In this document: piece after piece, positions 27,796-36,307 of the stretch | Numbering within the stretch: position 1 is the first letter of the stretch | Layout: the number at the start of each line of letters is the position of its first letter | Origin: Candidatus Binataceae bacterium | GTDB lineage: Bacteria; Desulfobacterota; Binatia; Binatales; Binataceae | Assembly (NCBI GenBank): GCA_050736695.1 | Contig: JBOHWH010000135.1 | Location: 28,504 to 92,503 of the forward strand | Length of the DNA stretch: 64,000 nt | Reading direction: 5' to 3' | Notes under the pieces: model-generated | Database searches by the model: none | Told to the model about the DNA's origin: nothing | What the model saw: only the letters and a program-made list of their open reading frames with translations | Program-made: the position numbers and the translations under genes

Positions 27796-30651
27796 ATGAA
27801 ATCATCGAGGGTTCGTTCAACCAATCGCGTGCGCGTGTTGTTGGGGGTAGCGGTTCTCCTGGCAGCGATCGCGGGCTACCGGCAGGTTGTAGGGGCGCAA
27901 TCACAACCCCGCGCTTTGATCACCGAGCCGGTCAGCGATACCAAGCTGGTCACGCTCGCGGGTAATACGCGTCCGGAGGCGAACTCACGCTACGATCGCG
28001 GGCCGGTCACTGACAGCTTCCGGATGGAGCATATGTTCCTCCAGTTGCGACGCTCTCCCGGAGCGGAGCACGCCCTTCAGCAGTACATGGGACAACAGGC
28101 CGACCCCAAGTCACCAAACTATCACCATTGGTTGACGGCGCAGGAAATCGGTCAGCGGTACGGTCTGGCCCCGGAAGATATGGTCACGATCACCGGGTGG
28201 CTCCAGTCCCACGGCTTCACTGTCAATGTCGTTTATCCCAACGGCATGGTGATCGACTTCTCGGGTACGGCAGGCGAGGTGCGCAAGGCTTTCCACACCG
28301 AGATTCATCGCCTTGATGTGGACGGCAAGCTACATATCGCCAACATGAGCGATCCGCAGATTCCGGCCGCGCTCGTGCCGGCAGTGGTCGGCATCGTGTC
28401 GCTGAACGACTTCCGGCCGCATCCGATGCGCACGAAAAGCTCGAACTTCTCGCGGGGCGGTACTTGCGGCCCATTGGGCGCTCCGTGTGAGAAGCTCGTA
28501 CCTGCCGACGTCGATACCATCTACAACTTGAATCCGCTCTTTTCCGGCAGTATCACCGGGCAAGGCGAGAGAGTCGTAGTGGTCGAAGATAGCGATGTCT
28601 TCAATCCTGGCAACGCGATTTGTATGGGGAATGGCACTCCCACCGGCTGTTGTTCGGGTTTCGGAACAGGATCCTGCGGCACCGGAGACTGGGACACCTT
28701 CCGCACTACTTTCGGCCTTGCCAGCGACTTCCCGAACGGACGTTTCGTGCAGTTCCAACCGCCACCGCCCAGCGGCTCGAACAATTGTAGCGATCCGGGC
28801 GCCGTCACAGACGTTGATGTCGAGGCGATCCTCGATGCGGAATGGGCCTGCGCGTCGGCGCCCAACGCGACTATCCTTATGGGCTCGTGCGCGGACGTCA
28901 CTACCGGATCTTTTGGGACGACATTGGCTTCGGGAGTTTTTGTCGCACTGCAGAACATTCTAAACGGCGCGCTGAGCCCGAAGCCGGATGTGGTGAGCGT
29001 CAGTTACGGCGAATCGGAGGCAGTTAACGGCGCGTCGTCCAACGCCGCCATCGACTCGCTGTATCAGACGGGCGTGGCGGGAGGCATTTCAATTTTCGTT
29101 GCTGCGGGCGATGCCGGTTCGGATTCTAATGACGAGGATCGAGGGCCGCCTCCATCCGCGGCAACCTTCGGAATCAGCGTGAGCGGATTTGCGTCCAGCC
29201 CGAACGACGTGGCGGTGGGTGGCACCGATTTCGGTGACTTCTTAACCAACACCAGCTCCACATACTGGAATGCGTCGAATGGGGCCAACGATGGCTCGGC
29301 CCAGTCCTATGTGCCGGAAATCCCGTGGAACGACTCGTGCGCCAGCGACCTGTTGTCCGGATTCATGGGCACGGTCTCAACCTTTGGCCCAAGTGGCTTG
29401 TGCGAACTTGCTTTGTTCGGAAGCGGGATTTGCACGAGTAACCGCGAGCCATACGGGTGTTGTGATGGGCCGGGGAGCGGCATTTGTCCACAACCCGATT
29501 TTTCGCTGCAAGTCGCCGGCGGCAGCGGCGGCCCAAGCAGCTGTGCGAGCGGAGCGCCGTCCACGAGCGGCGTGGTAAGCGGGACCTGTAAAGGATGGAC
29601 CAAGCCTGGTTATCAATCGGTTTTTGGCAACCCGAGCGACGGCGTTCGCGATGTTCCCGACGTCGCGCTGTTCGCCGCAGACGGATTGTGGGGGCATTGC
29701 TACGTGTTTTGCAATTCCAACCCTGCGGACATGAATTCATGCACTGGCGACGTCAGCACCTGGCCTTGCGCGGGCGGGACCTCGTTCGCCTCGCCGATAA
29801 TGGCCGGCATCCAAGCTCTGGCCGATCAGAAGACCGGCAGCGATCAAGGCAACCCGAATACCACCTACTATTCGCTCGCGCGCACCGAGTATGGCGCGAG
29901 TGGCAACGCCAGCTGCAAGTCGAGCCTGGGTAACGGAGTTTCAAGTTCGTGCATCTTCTATGACATAACCCAGGGTGACAACGACCAACCATGCGTTGTA
30001 GGCGACCCGAACTGTTTCGCCGACGGAGTACCTACCGGGGATGTCGGCGTGCTGTCCACGTCAAACTCGTCGTTCCAGAACGCATTTGGGGCGAACGCCG
30101 GATGGGACTTCGATACCGGCATCGGGACCGTCAATGCCACCAATCTCGTGATGGCATTTGCCGGCAGCGTGACGGTAACGGTAACGGCAACCGCGACTGC
30201 AACGTCAACCAGCGGCACGCCGACAACAACCGCAACGTCAACTACGCCTAGCACCGCGACTCCGTCGGCAACAATGACTGCTACCGCTACCGCGACGAAG
30301 ACCGCAACGCCGACGGCTACTGCGACGCCGGGCGGCGGGCGAGTCTCGGTGAACCGGAAGAAGCTCGTGCTCAACGCGTCGCCGATGGCGACGGCGTCCT
30401 CAAGTATCACTATTGGCAACAGGGGGACGGGCCCGCTGACGGCTAACGTAAGCGCCCCGGAACACGACCCCCCATTTACGGAGGTTGGTGGAGCAAGGGG
30501 GATTGTGATCGGTCCGGGCTTAAACCACGAAGTGATAATCGTGTACGCGCCGACGAAGAAAGGATCGAGGAGCGATCAGATCTTGATCACGAGCGATGAT
30601 CCCACGCATAAGAAAGTAATCAAGGTGAAAATCAAGGGTAGGGCGAAATAG
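27796..30651 (+). CDS. Secreted sedolisin-like serine peptidase (S53: pro-kumamolisin activation domain + peptidase) with a Cys-rich insert, a Thr/Ala/Pro-rich linker and a C-terminal beta-sandwich domain
   Basis: GGGAAGG RBS before the ATG at 27796. Signal peptide, then an S53 pro-domain (...QYMGQQADPKSPNYHHWLT...). The catalytic serine motif is GGTSFASPIMAG. The linker (TVTVTATATATSTSGTPTTT...) is followed by a roughly 100-aa terminal domain. Confidence 0.8.
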   Translation: MKSSRVRSTNRVRVLLGVAVLLAAIAGYRQVVGAQSQPRALITEPVSDTKLVTLAGNTRPEANSRYDRGPVTDSFRMEHMFLQLRRSPGAEHALQQYMGQQADPKSPNYHHWLTAQEIGQRYGLAPEDMVTITGWLQSHGFTVNVVYPNGMVIDFSGTAGEVRKAFHTEIHRLDVDGKLHIANMSDPQIPAALVPAVVGIVSLNDFRPHPMRTKSSNFSRGGTCGPLGAPCEKLVPADVDTIYNLNPLFSGSITGQGERVVVVEDSDVFNPGNAICMGNGTPTGCCSGFGTGSCGTGDWDTFRTTFGLASDFPNGRFVQFQPPPPSGSNNCSDPGAVTDVDVEAILDAEWACASAPNATILMGSCADVTTGSFGTTLASGVFVALQNILNGALSPKPDVVSVSYGESEAVNGASSNAAIDSLYQTGVAGGISIFVAAGDAGSDSNDEDRGPPPSAATFGISVSGFASSPNDVAVGGTDFGDFLTNTSSTYWNASNGANDGSAQSYVPEIPWNDSCASDLLSGFMGTVSTFGPSGLCELALFGSGICTSNREPYGCCDGPGSGICPQPDFSLQVAGGSGGPSSCASGAPSTSGVVSGTCKGWTKPGYQSVFGNPSDGVRDVPDVALFAADGLWGHCYVFCNSNPADMNSCTGDVSTWPCAGGTSFASPIMAGIQALADQKTGSDQGNPNTTYYSLARTEYGASGNASCKSSLGNGVSSSCIFYDITQGDNDQPCVVGDPNCFADGVPTGDVGVLSTSNSSFQNAFGANAGWDFDTGIGTVNATNLVMAFAGSVTVTVTATATATSTSGTPTTTATSTTPSTATPSATMTATATATKTATPTATATPGGGRVSVNRKKLVLNASPMATASSSITIGNRGTGPLTANVSAPEHDPPFTEVGGARGIVIGPGLNHEVIIVYAPTKKGSRSDQILITSDDPTHKKVIKVKIKGRAK

Positions 30652-30771
30652 GCGGACGGGCCGGTTTGAATACGCGCGCAACGAAAGGACGCACGGTGCG
30701 AGCCGATGAGCCCGAAAATGCACCTAAGCCGATCATCGCCATCGATGGCGATGATCGCCGCTCGATCCGGT

Positions 30772-32361
30772 CTATTTGTTCTTCGGCGCTTTCCCCGTTC
30801 CCGACAGCTTCACCGACTGCTGCTCAGCATTGTCGATGATCATCAGGGTGGCCGTAGACGATACGGCGGCGGTCGGCGCGAACGTAATTCCGATCGCGCA
30901 CTCCGAGCCTGGGTATAGCTCCGCCGGAAAACTGCACCTATTATCCACGCCGAACGGACTGCCCCCTCCGCTGAGTCCTTCGATCAGCACAGTGATACCG
31001 GGCTTCTTCTTGCTCCCCTTGGGATTGCGCATGATGACACGCTTGGGCCCCTTAAGACTCCCTACCTCCACGCTGCCGAAATTCAGCGATGTCGGTCTGA
31101 TCCTGAGCTCAACCGGTACCGGTGTTGGCGTCGGTGTTGGCGTCGGTGGAATTCCAGGGCCTATTGCGTAAAGGCGATTTGGCCCATACGGATAGACGTT
31201 CATGTAGATCGTTCCGTCGGCGCCGATCGCCGGCGCTCCTTCTATAAGGGAAATACCGCCGGCCGCGGTGGCGAACTTCCACTTAATGGAGCCGTCGGGG
31301 TTGATCGCGTAGATATTCCCGTCATTGGCGCCAACATAGATAGCGCCATCGGCTCCAATCGCCGGCGACGAGATTACCGCCGCGTCCTCAGTAAAAACTT
31401 GCCACCTGAAACTGCCGTTGGGGTTTAACCCCCACACGCTGCGTCCGTCTCCAAAATAGATTGCGCCATCGGCCCCAATAGCTGGCGAGGATAGTACCCA
31501 GTAATTCGGTGACTGGAACCGCCACTTTAACGAACCGTCGGGATTGATGGCGAACAGGTAGGCGATACTATTCGGGTAACCCCCAGTAAATTCGGAACCG
31601 ACATAGATAGTACCATCCGCCCCTACTGCCGGAGAAGACTCCACGTCGCCAGGCGTCGTGAAGAACCACTTCAACGAGCCGTCGGGGTTTACTGCATAGA
31701 CGTTGTAGTCAGCGGAACCAAAGTAGATTGTTCCGTCGGTAGCGATCGCCGGAGAGGACATCTCATTGGTCCCATAATTTCCTTCCGCCAGCACCCACTT
31801 CGCGGTGCCGTCGGGGTTGATCGCATACAGTTTGCCGTCATCGCAGTACACGTAGATGGTTCCATCGGCTCCGATTGCGGGCGAGGATTCTAATTCAAAG
31901 CCGGTTTGGAAAATCCACTTCAATGTACCATCCGGATTTACTGCGTATAGGTAACCGGTTCGGATATCGCCGGCTGAAGGAGCGTAGATCGTTCCATCGG
32001 CTCCGATTGCGGGCGAAGGGTACAGTGGCCAGGCGGCTGCGAACGTCCACTTCACCGTCCCGTCCTGATTAAATGCGTAGAGATTATTGTCTCCAGGCGT
32101 TGAATAGATGGTTCCATCCACGCCAAGGGTGGGCGACGATAGCGGCGCAAAAATAGTGCCCCCTGGGTAAACAAACAACCATTTCTGGACGCCGTTGTTG
32201 GCGCTGGTGTCGAATGAGCTTTGGCCAGTGTGTGCAGAGTCGTGCCGGAAGACCGGCCAAGGCGAAGCCGCCAGTTGTGCACGCGGCGCGCTCGTCAACG
32301 AGACTATGAGCAAAACGCCAGCGGCCAAACTCAATAAAACGATCGGACCAATTCGGCCCAC
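30772..32361 (-). CDS. Secreted PQQ-type beta-propeller repeat protein with TPTPTP linker and C-terminal beta-sandwich domain
   Basis: About nine repeats of ...SSPAIGADGTIY...NPDGS.KW.F... form a PQQ-like/BamB-like propeller. A signal peptide is present. The linker is PTPTPTPTPVP, and the C-terminal domain resembles that of the adjacent S53 protease. Confidence 0.75.
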   Translation of the reverse strand: MGRIGPIVLLSLAAGVLLIVSLTSAPRAQLAASPWPVFRHDSAHTGQSSFDTSANNGVQKWLFVYPGGTIFAPLSSPTLGVDGTIYSTPGDNNLYAFNQDGTVKWTFAAAWPLYPSPAIGADGTIYAPSAGDIRTGYLYAVNPDGTLKWIFQTGFELESSPAIGADGTIYVYCDDGKLYAINPDGTAKWVLAEGNYGTNEMSSPAIATDGTIYFGSADYNVYAVNPDGSLKWFFTTPGDVESSPAVGADGTIYVGSEFTGGYPNSIAYLFAINPDGSLKWRFQSPNYWVLSSPAIGADGAIYFGDGRSVWGLNPNGSFRWQVFTEDAAVISSPAIGADGAIYVGANDGNIYAINPDGSIKWKFATAAGGISLIEGAPAIGADGTIYMNVYPYGPNRLYAIGPGIPPTPTPTPTPVPVELRIRPTSLNFGSVEVGSLKGPKRVIMRNPKGSKKKPGITVLIEGLSGGGSPFGVDNRCSFPAELYPGSECAIGITFAPTAAVSSTATLMIIDNAEQQSVKLSGTGKAPKNK

Positions 32362-32524
32362 GTCCTTGTAACGTTTCGTTGGATTTCCCCCCGCTTACTC
32401 GGTCCCCGCTCGCAGACGCTATTTTGGTACTCATGGAGAGACGGTGCAACCTTTTTCCCATCCAGGTAGTAGGGTCTGAGCATTACTAGAACGTCGTTTG
32501 GCTTGCCTATCCGGAAAGCGGCGC

Positions 32525-32586
32525 GTCAACCGCCAGGGCTGTCAACCGCCGCTTGTCAACCGCCCCATAGTGTCAACCGGTTGACA
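32525..32586 (+). promoter_or_regulatory. Iteron array: three direct GTCAACCGCC repeats (14-16 bp phasing) plus the palindrome TGTCAACCGGTTGACA, adjacent to the right island junction
   Basis: GTCAACCGCC occurs at 32525, 32541 and 32555. The perfect 16-bp palindrome lies at 32571-32586. The array is 20 bp upstream of the tRNA-3'-end-like repeat (32606). Confidence 0.4.
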
Positions 32587-32605
32587 GAGAGCACCTGCTA
32601 TCGGA

Positions 32606-32975
32606 CTGCGTCATCCACCATTCAGTCTCTTAGTATTCGCACATCTCGGAGAGCCGCGCGAAATCCGCGCTGGCCCGAGAAGGAGAACCACGTGAACGCG
32701 AATACTAAACCCGTCGCTGCTACGCCGCCGCCGGCGCTGCCTTCGAAAAACAGGAAGGACGCGCCTCGGCCATCGCGGTCATCGCGTGCAGGCGGCCCAA
32801 GCGGAGAATTTGGTTTGTCGATACTGCGGCAGCGAAGATCTCGCGCCGTCGTTCAAGAAGCGACGCCCGATGCCGCGCCTGCTTCAAGAACCGCTACGGT
32901 TCGGCTCCGCGCAAGAAGGCCACGCGCACTCGGAAGCCGAAGGCTGCGAAGTAGTTCGCGGCGCAACCAATGTCA
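32606..32975 (+). repeat. Right copy of the direct repeat (tRNA-Val 3'-end-like sequence plus pseudogenised copy of the small zinc-ribbon gene), marking the right border of the island
   Basis: ctgcgtcatccacca...acatctcggaga...gaaggagaaccacgtgaacgcgaatac... is collinear with 10178-10745, apart from a roughly 170-bp segment that it lacks and several indels. Confidence 0.7.
32690..32950 (+). pseudogene. Degraded paralog of the small zinc-ribbon protein gene (frame-disrupting 1-bp and 5-bp indels)
   Basis: Same N-terminus (MNANTKPVAATPPPALPSKNRKDAPRPSRSSRA), but the CxxC region appears only in a shifted frame (the 32786 ORF: ...LVCRYCGSEDLAPSFKKRR...). Confidence 0.55.
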
Positions 32976-33122
32976 TTGGGCGCGGGGGAACCCGTGACAC
33001 GCACGCGGGGTACACAGGTTCGTGGCGTGATAATGAAAATCCTTTGGCCCAACAATCAGGCGCGAACTTCGCATTTGCAAACTAAATGGTTTTGGTGCCA
33101 AGTCTCACCCAGGTGAAGTATA

Positions 33123-33701
33123 ATGCGAATCAAAGGAGTTGACCCGGAGCATGTCCCGGAGAGCGTAAAGTCAATCTTTCAACGAAGCCTCGACCTGTTC
33201 GGGCGTGTCATCACGCCCAGTACGGTGCTGGCGCATCGGCCGGAGATTCTGCTCGCCGCAGGACAATTGGGCAAGGCGGTTGGCGCCTCGACGGTGGTCG
33301 AGGGCCGTCTCAAGACGATGGTCTCGGTGCGCGCGGCGCAAATGGTCGGCTGTCCCTTTTGAGTAGACATCAACTCTGCCGTCGGCAGAAACGCCGGTAT
33401 TACCGATGAGCAACTCGGAGATTTAGCCACCTTCGAGACCAGTGCGCGTTTCGACCGCCGCGAAAAGGCAGCGTTGCGCTATGCCGAAGGGATGACGCGC
33501 ACGCCCGCTGATGTCTCCGAGGCGGTGTTCGAAGAGGTGAGATCGTTCTTCAACACGGAGCAAATGGTGGAATTGACAGCGGCGATCGCGCTCGAGAATT
33601 TCAGGGCGCGGCTCAACTGCGCGTTCAAGGTCGAGAGCGACGGCTTGTGCCTGCTGCCGGCTGATCATCCAGTGCGCAAGGCGTTGGCCAAACGTCCGTG
33701 A
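33123..33701 (+). CDS. AhpD-like (carboxymuconolactone decarboxylase family) protein with one in-frame TGA at the CxxC position; candidate selenoprotein (CPF-U), otherwise a nonsense pseudogene
   Basis: ORFs 33123-33362 and 33474-33701 are in the same frame, and the only intervening stop is TGA at 33360-33362. The TGA falls where CMD proteins carry the second Cys of Gly-Cys-x-x-Cys (here GCPF-TGA-VD). A 5-bp-stem hairpin (CTGCC-GTC-GGCAG, 33376-33388) puts G and U in the loop at +22/+23 from the UGA, close to the G23/U24 geometry of the E. coli fdhF SECIS. No Sec-machinery genes are in the window. Confidence 0.5.
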
Positions 33702-34110
33702 ATCCGGATGCCGCGGAGGATTCGATAGCCCCGGTCTGAACGGCGGACTGAACCCGGCGCCCACGTCCTGAGGCCAAAGAACAACGGCCCCGGCCGGCGG
33801 CTGCCGGTGATGAGACGCGCGATCTCTGAAAGAAAGCGGTATTGCTTGCCGCGAAAGAGCGCGCCGTGTTCGAGCACCGTCACCTGATGCTGGACTCCGC
33901 CCCGCTCGCGCAGCAGGATGGCGTCGGCTTAGAGTTTGCGCACGGAGACGACTCTAATCGGCCTGCACTCACCCACATTGTTGGCGACCTGTTCGAGCAG
34001 GCGGTGCGTGGCGGAGCCAGTCCGCCGGGCGTGCGTTCCTTCATGCGGTAGACGACCGCGCGGCTCCGGCGTTGACAACCACGATCGCGGGCGTCTCCGT
34101 AAGTTGCTTT
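33665..34110 (-). pseudogene. DUF2924-family gene remnant (frameshifted), with its partner recombinase deleted
   Basis: The 33665-33883 ORF matches the intact DUF2924 C-terminus ([37 protein letters not shown] vs TVLEHGALFRGKQYRFLSEIARLITGSRRPGPLFFGL). The 33880-34161 ORF, in another frame, matches the mid-region (YRLQERALGGVRPSTQRILDRVCNG vs YRMKERTPGGLAPPRTACSNRS). No recombinase follows. Confidence 0.5.
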
Positions 34111-34157
34111 TCGCGCGGATTGGGTTTGAGAAACCACAGCCCGCATGCGCCCGGATT

Positions 34158-35435
34158 TCAATCAGTTCCGCAAGCGCCCGGCTTGCTTTCCAAGGTGGGA
34201 TCTCGCACCAAAATTCCGTCGGCGTAGAGCTTGCGGATTTCGCCTTCGTTCATCTTCAGCAGCTCACGGAGAACGCGCTCGTTGTCCTCGCCGAGCCTTG
34301 CGGCGCGGACCTCGGTCCGATCCGGCCACGCGGAAAACTTCACCGGGACCGCCGGAATTGCGACCTTGCCAAGCAGCGGATCCTGGACCCATCGAACTGT
34401 CTTGCGCTCATTGTGATGTGGATGCTTGACGGCCTCGTTGACCGTCAGCACCGGCGCGCACGGCACCCGCTCGGCATCGAGCGCGGCGATCGCGTCGTCG
34501 CGGGTTGGAAATTTAGAGAGCCAGTCCTCGATGACGTCCCTGAGCTGCTCCTTGTTGTCGCGCCTGGCGCGGGCGCTATTGAAGCGCGGATCGTCCGCCA
34601 ATGCGGGCATCCCGAGCGCACGGATGACCTGCGGCCACTGATGAGGCGTCGAGGTGATCAGCACGTACTGCTCGCCGCGATAATGATAGATGCCGGTCGC
34701 TCCGCCGTCGGGATGCAGCGAGCCGCTGCGGGTCGGCCGATACTTGTCGCCGCGTAACGACACCATCGGCACCGTCTTCTCGTGCATATGGAAGTAGGTG
34801 TCCAACAGCGAGGCGTCCAGGTACTGGCCTTCGCCGGTGCGCTCGCGATGGAGCAGCGCAAATCCAATCGCCATCGCGGCGTTGACGCCGGTCGATACGT
34901 CGCCAATCGCCATGCTGGTCAGCGCCGGCGGTCCGCCAACCTGGCCGATGCCGTCGGTGACGCCCGCGTACGCCTGGCCGATGAAGTCGTAGCCGGCCTT
35001 GTTCGAGAGCGGTCCGCTCTGTCCCGCCATCGAGATCGAGCACATGATGATTTTCGGATTCACCGCCTTCACGTCGGGGTAGGAAAACCCGAGCCGATCG
35101 ATCACGTGCGGCGCGAAATTTTCGACCACCACATCGATCTGCGGAATCATCGCCATGACGATTTCGCGCGCGCGCGGCTTTTTAAGATCGATCGCGAAAC
35201 TCAGCTTCGAGTGATTGTGCTGAAGATAGTAGGTGCTGTGGCTGGAGTTCTTGTATTCCGGCGCGAGCGATTTCAGCCCATCGGCGCGCACCCGATCGCC
35301 CGCGGGCGCGAGCTCGAGCTTGATCACCTCGGCGCCCATCTCGCCAAGAATTCGCGTGCAAGTCGGTCCTGCCACGAACTGCGTGAAATCCAGTACCCGG
35401 TAACCTTCGAGCATTCGTGGCGGATCGTTTGTCAT
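34158..35435 (-). CDS. CoA-transferase family III protein (CaiB/BaiF; formyl-CoA transferase / acyl-CoA racemase-like)
   Basis: The N-terminus GYRVLDFTQFVAGPTCTRILGEMGAEVIKLE is the family III CoA-transferase signature. 425 aa. Confidence 0.85.
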   Translation of the reverse strand: MTNDPPRMLEGYRVLDFTQFVAGPTCTRILGEMGAEVIKLELAPAGDRVRADGLKSLAPEYKNSSHSTYYLQHNHSKLSFAIDLKKPRAREIVMAMIPQIDVVVENFAPHVIDRLGFSYPDVKAVNPKIIMCSISMAGQSGPLSNKAGYDFIGQAYAGVTDGIGQVGGPPALTSMAIGDVSTGVNAAMAIGFALLHRERTGEGQYLDASLLDTYFHMHEKTVPMVSLRGDKYRPTRSGSLHPDGGATGIYHYRGEQYVLITSTPHQWPQVIRALGMPALADDPRFNSARARRDNKEQLRDVIEDWLSKFPTRDDAIAALDAERVPCAPVLTVNEAVKHPHHNERKTVRWVQDPLLGKVAIPAVPVKFSAWPDRTEVRAARLGEDNERVLRELLKMNEGEIRKLYADGILVRDPTLESKPGACGTD

Positions 35436-35496
35436 TTGCTCATATTTCCCAATTGACGATTCTCAATTTCGCGGTTCTTTCAACAACCACACCGCC

Positions 35497-36255
35497 TCAC
35501 GGAACGACCACCGATCCGCCGCTGATGCTGATTACTTCACCCGTGATGTATGATGACATATCGCTGGCAAGGAACAACGCGAGGTTGGCAACCTCGCGCG
35601 GCTCGCCGAGCCGGCCCATCGGATTGCGTTTCTTCGCGCCTTCGAACATTCCCTTCGGATATATCCTCTCCAGGAATTCGTTGTAGATGACGCTCGGCGC
35701 GATTGCGTTGACGCGAATCCCCTTTCGCGCGAGCTCGCCGGAAGCGGCGCGCGTCAGACCCATCACTCCCGCCTTGGCCGCTGAGTACGCAGCCTCGCCA
35801 CCGCTTGAGGCAATCCATCCCGCTGCCGACGCCATGTTTACGATTGCGCCTTTGCCTTGCTTGATCATATGTGGCAGGACCGCGCGCATCGCCCAGAACG
35901 TTCCTCTCAGGCACACGTTCATCACCAGGTCCCAGGTTTCGTCCTTGAGTTCCCAGATCGGCTCGAGCTTGTTGATCCCGGCGTTGTTGAAAAGCACATC
36001 GATGCGGCCGAACTTATCAATCGCCTTCGCGACCGCATCTTCGACCTGTTTTCGGACGGTAACATCCACCGCCACGCCGAGTACCTCCCTTCTGAATTGC
36101 TTGCTCAGTTCGTCGGCGAGTTCGCCGGTGCGGCGCGGATGCGCGTCGGTAATCACCACGTTGGCGCCTTCCTCCAGGAAGCGAGTCGCGACTGCGTGGC
36201 CAATGCCAGCTCCAGCGCCGGCGGTTATCAACGCAACTTTGTCCTGAAGCAGCAT
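35497..36255 (-). CDS. SDR-family short-chain dehydrogenase/reductase
   Basis: GGAGGA RBS before the ATG at 36255. Cofactor motif TAGAGAGIG, NNAG, and the catalytic S...YSAAK triad. Confidence 0.85.
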   Translation of the reverse strand: MLLQDKVALITAGAGAGIGHAVATRFLEEGANVVITDAHPRRTGELADELSKQFRREVLGVAVDVTVRKQVEDAVAKAIDKFGRIDVLFNNAGINKLEPIWELKDETWDLVMNVCLRGTFWAMRAVLPHMIKQGKGAIVNMASAAGWIASSGGEAAYSAAKAGVMGLTRAASGELARKGIRVNAIAPSVIYNEFLERIYPKGMFEGAKKRNPMGRLGEPREVANLALFLASDMSSYITGEVISISGGSVVVP

Positions 36256-36307
36256 GTCATCCTCCGATCTTGAGTGAAGTCCGCAGACTCGCCTCATTCG
36301 TCGCCGT

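Noticed and set aside
30170-30340. Short tandem-like nucleotide repeats (acggtaacggcaaccgcgactgcaacg...)
   Set aside because: Not a CRISPR or satellite. This is the coding sequence of the Thr/Ala-rich low-complexity linker of the S53 protease, in frame with flanking domains. The TPTPTP linker of the propeller gene at about 31140-31180 is the same kind of sequence.
33936-34757. 273-aa plus-strand ORF overlapping the CoA-transferase gene
   Set aside because: It is antisense to a gene carrying the family III CoA-transferase N-terminal signature, and it partly covers the DUF2924 remnant region.
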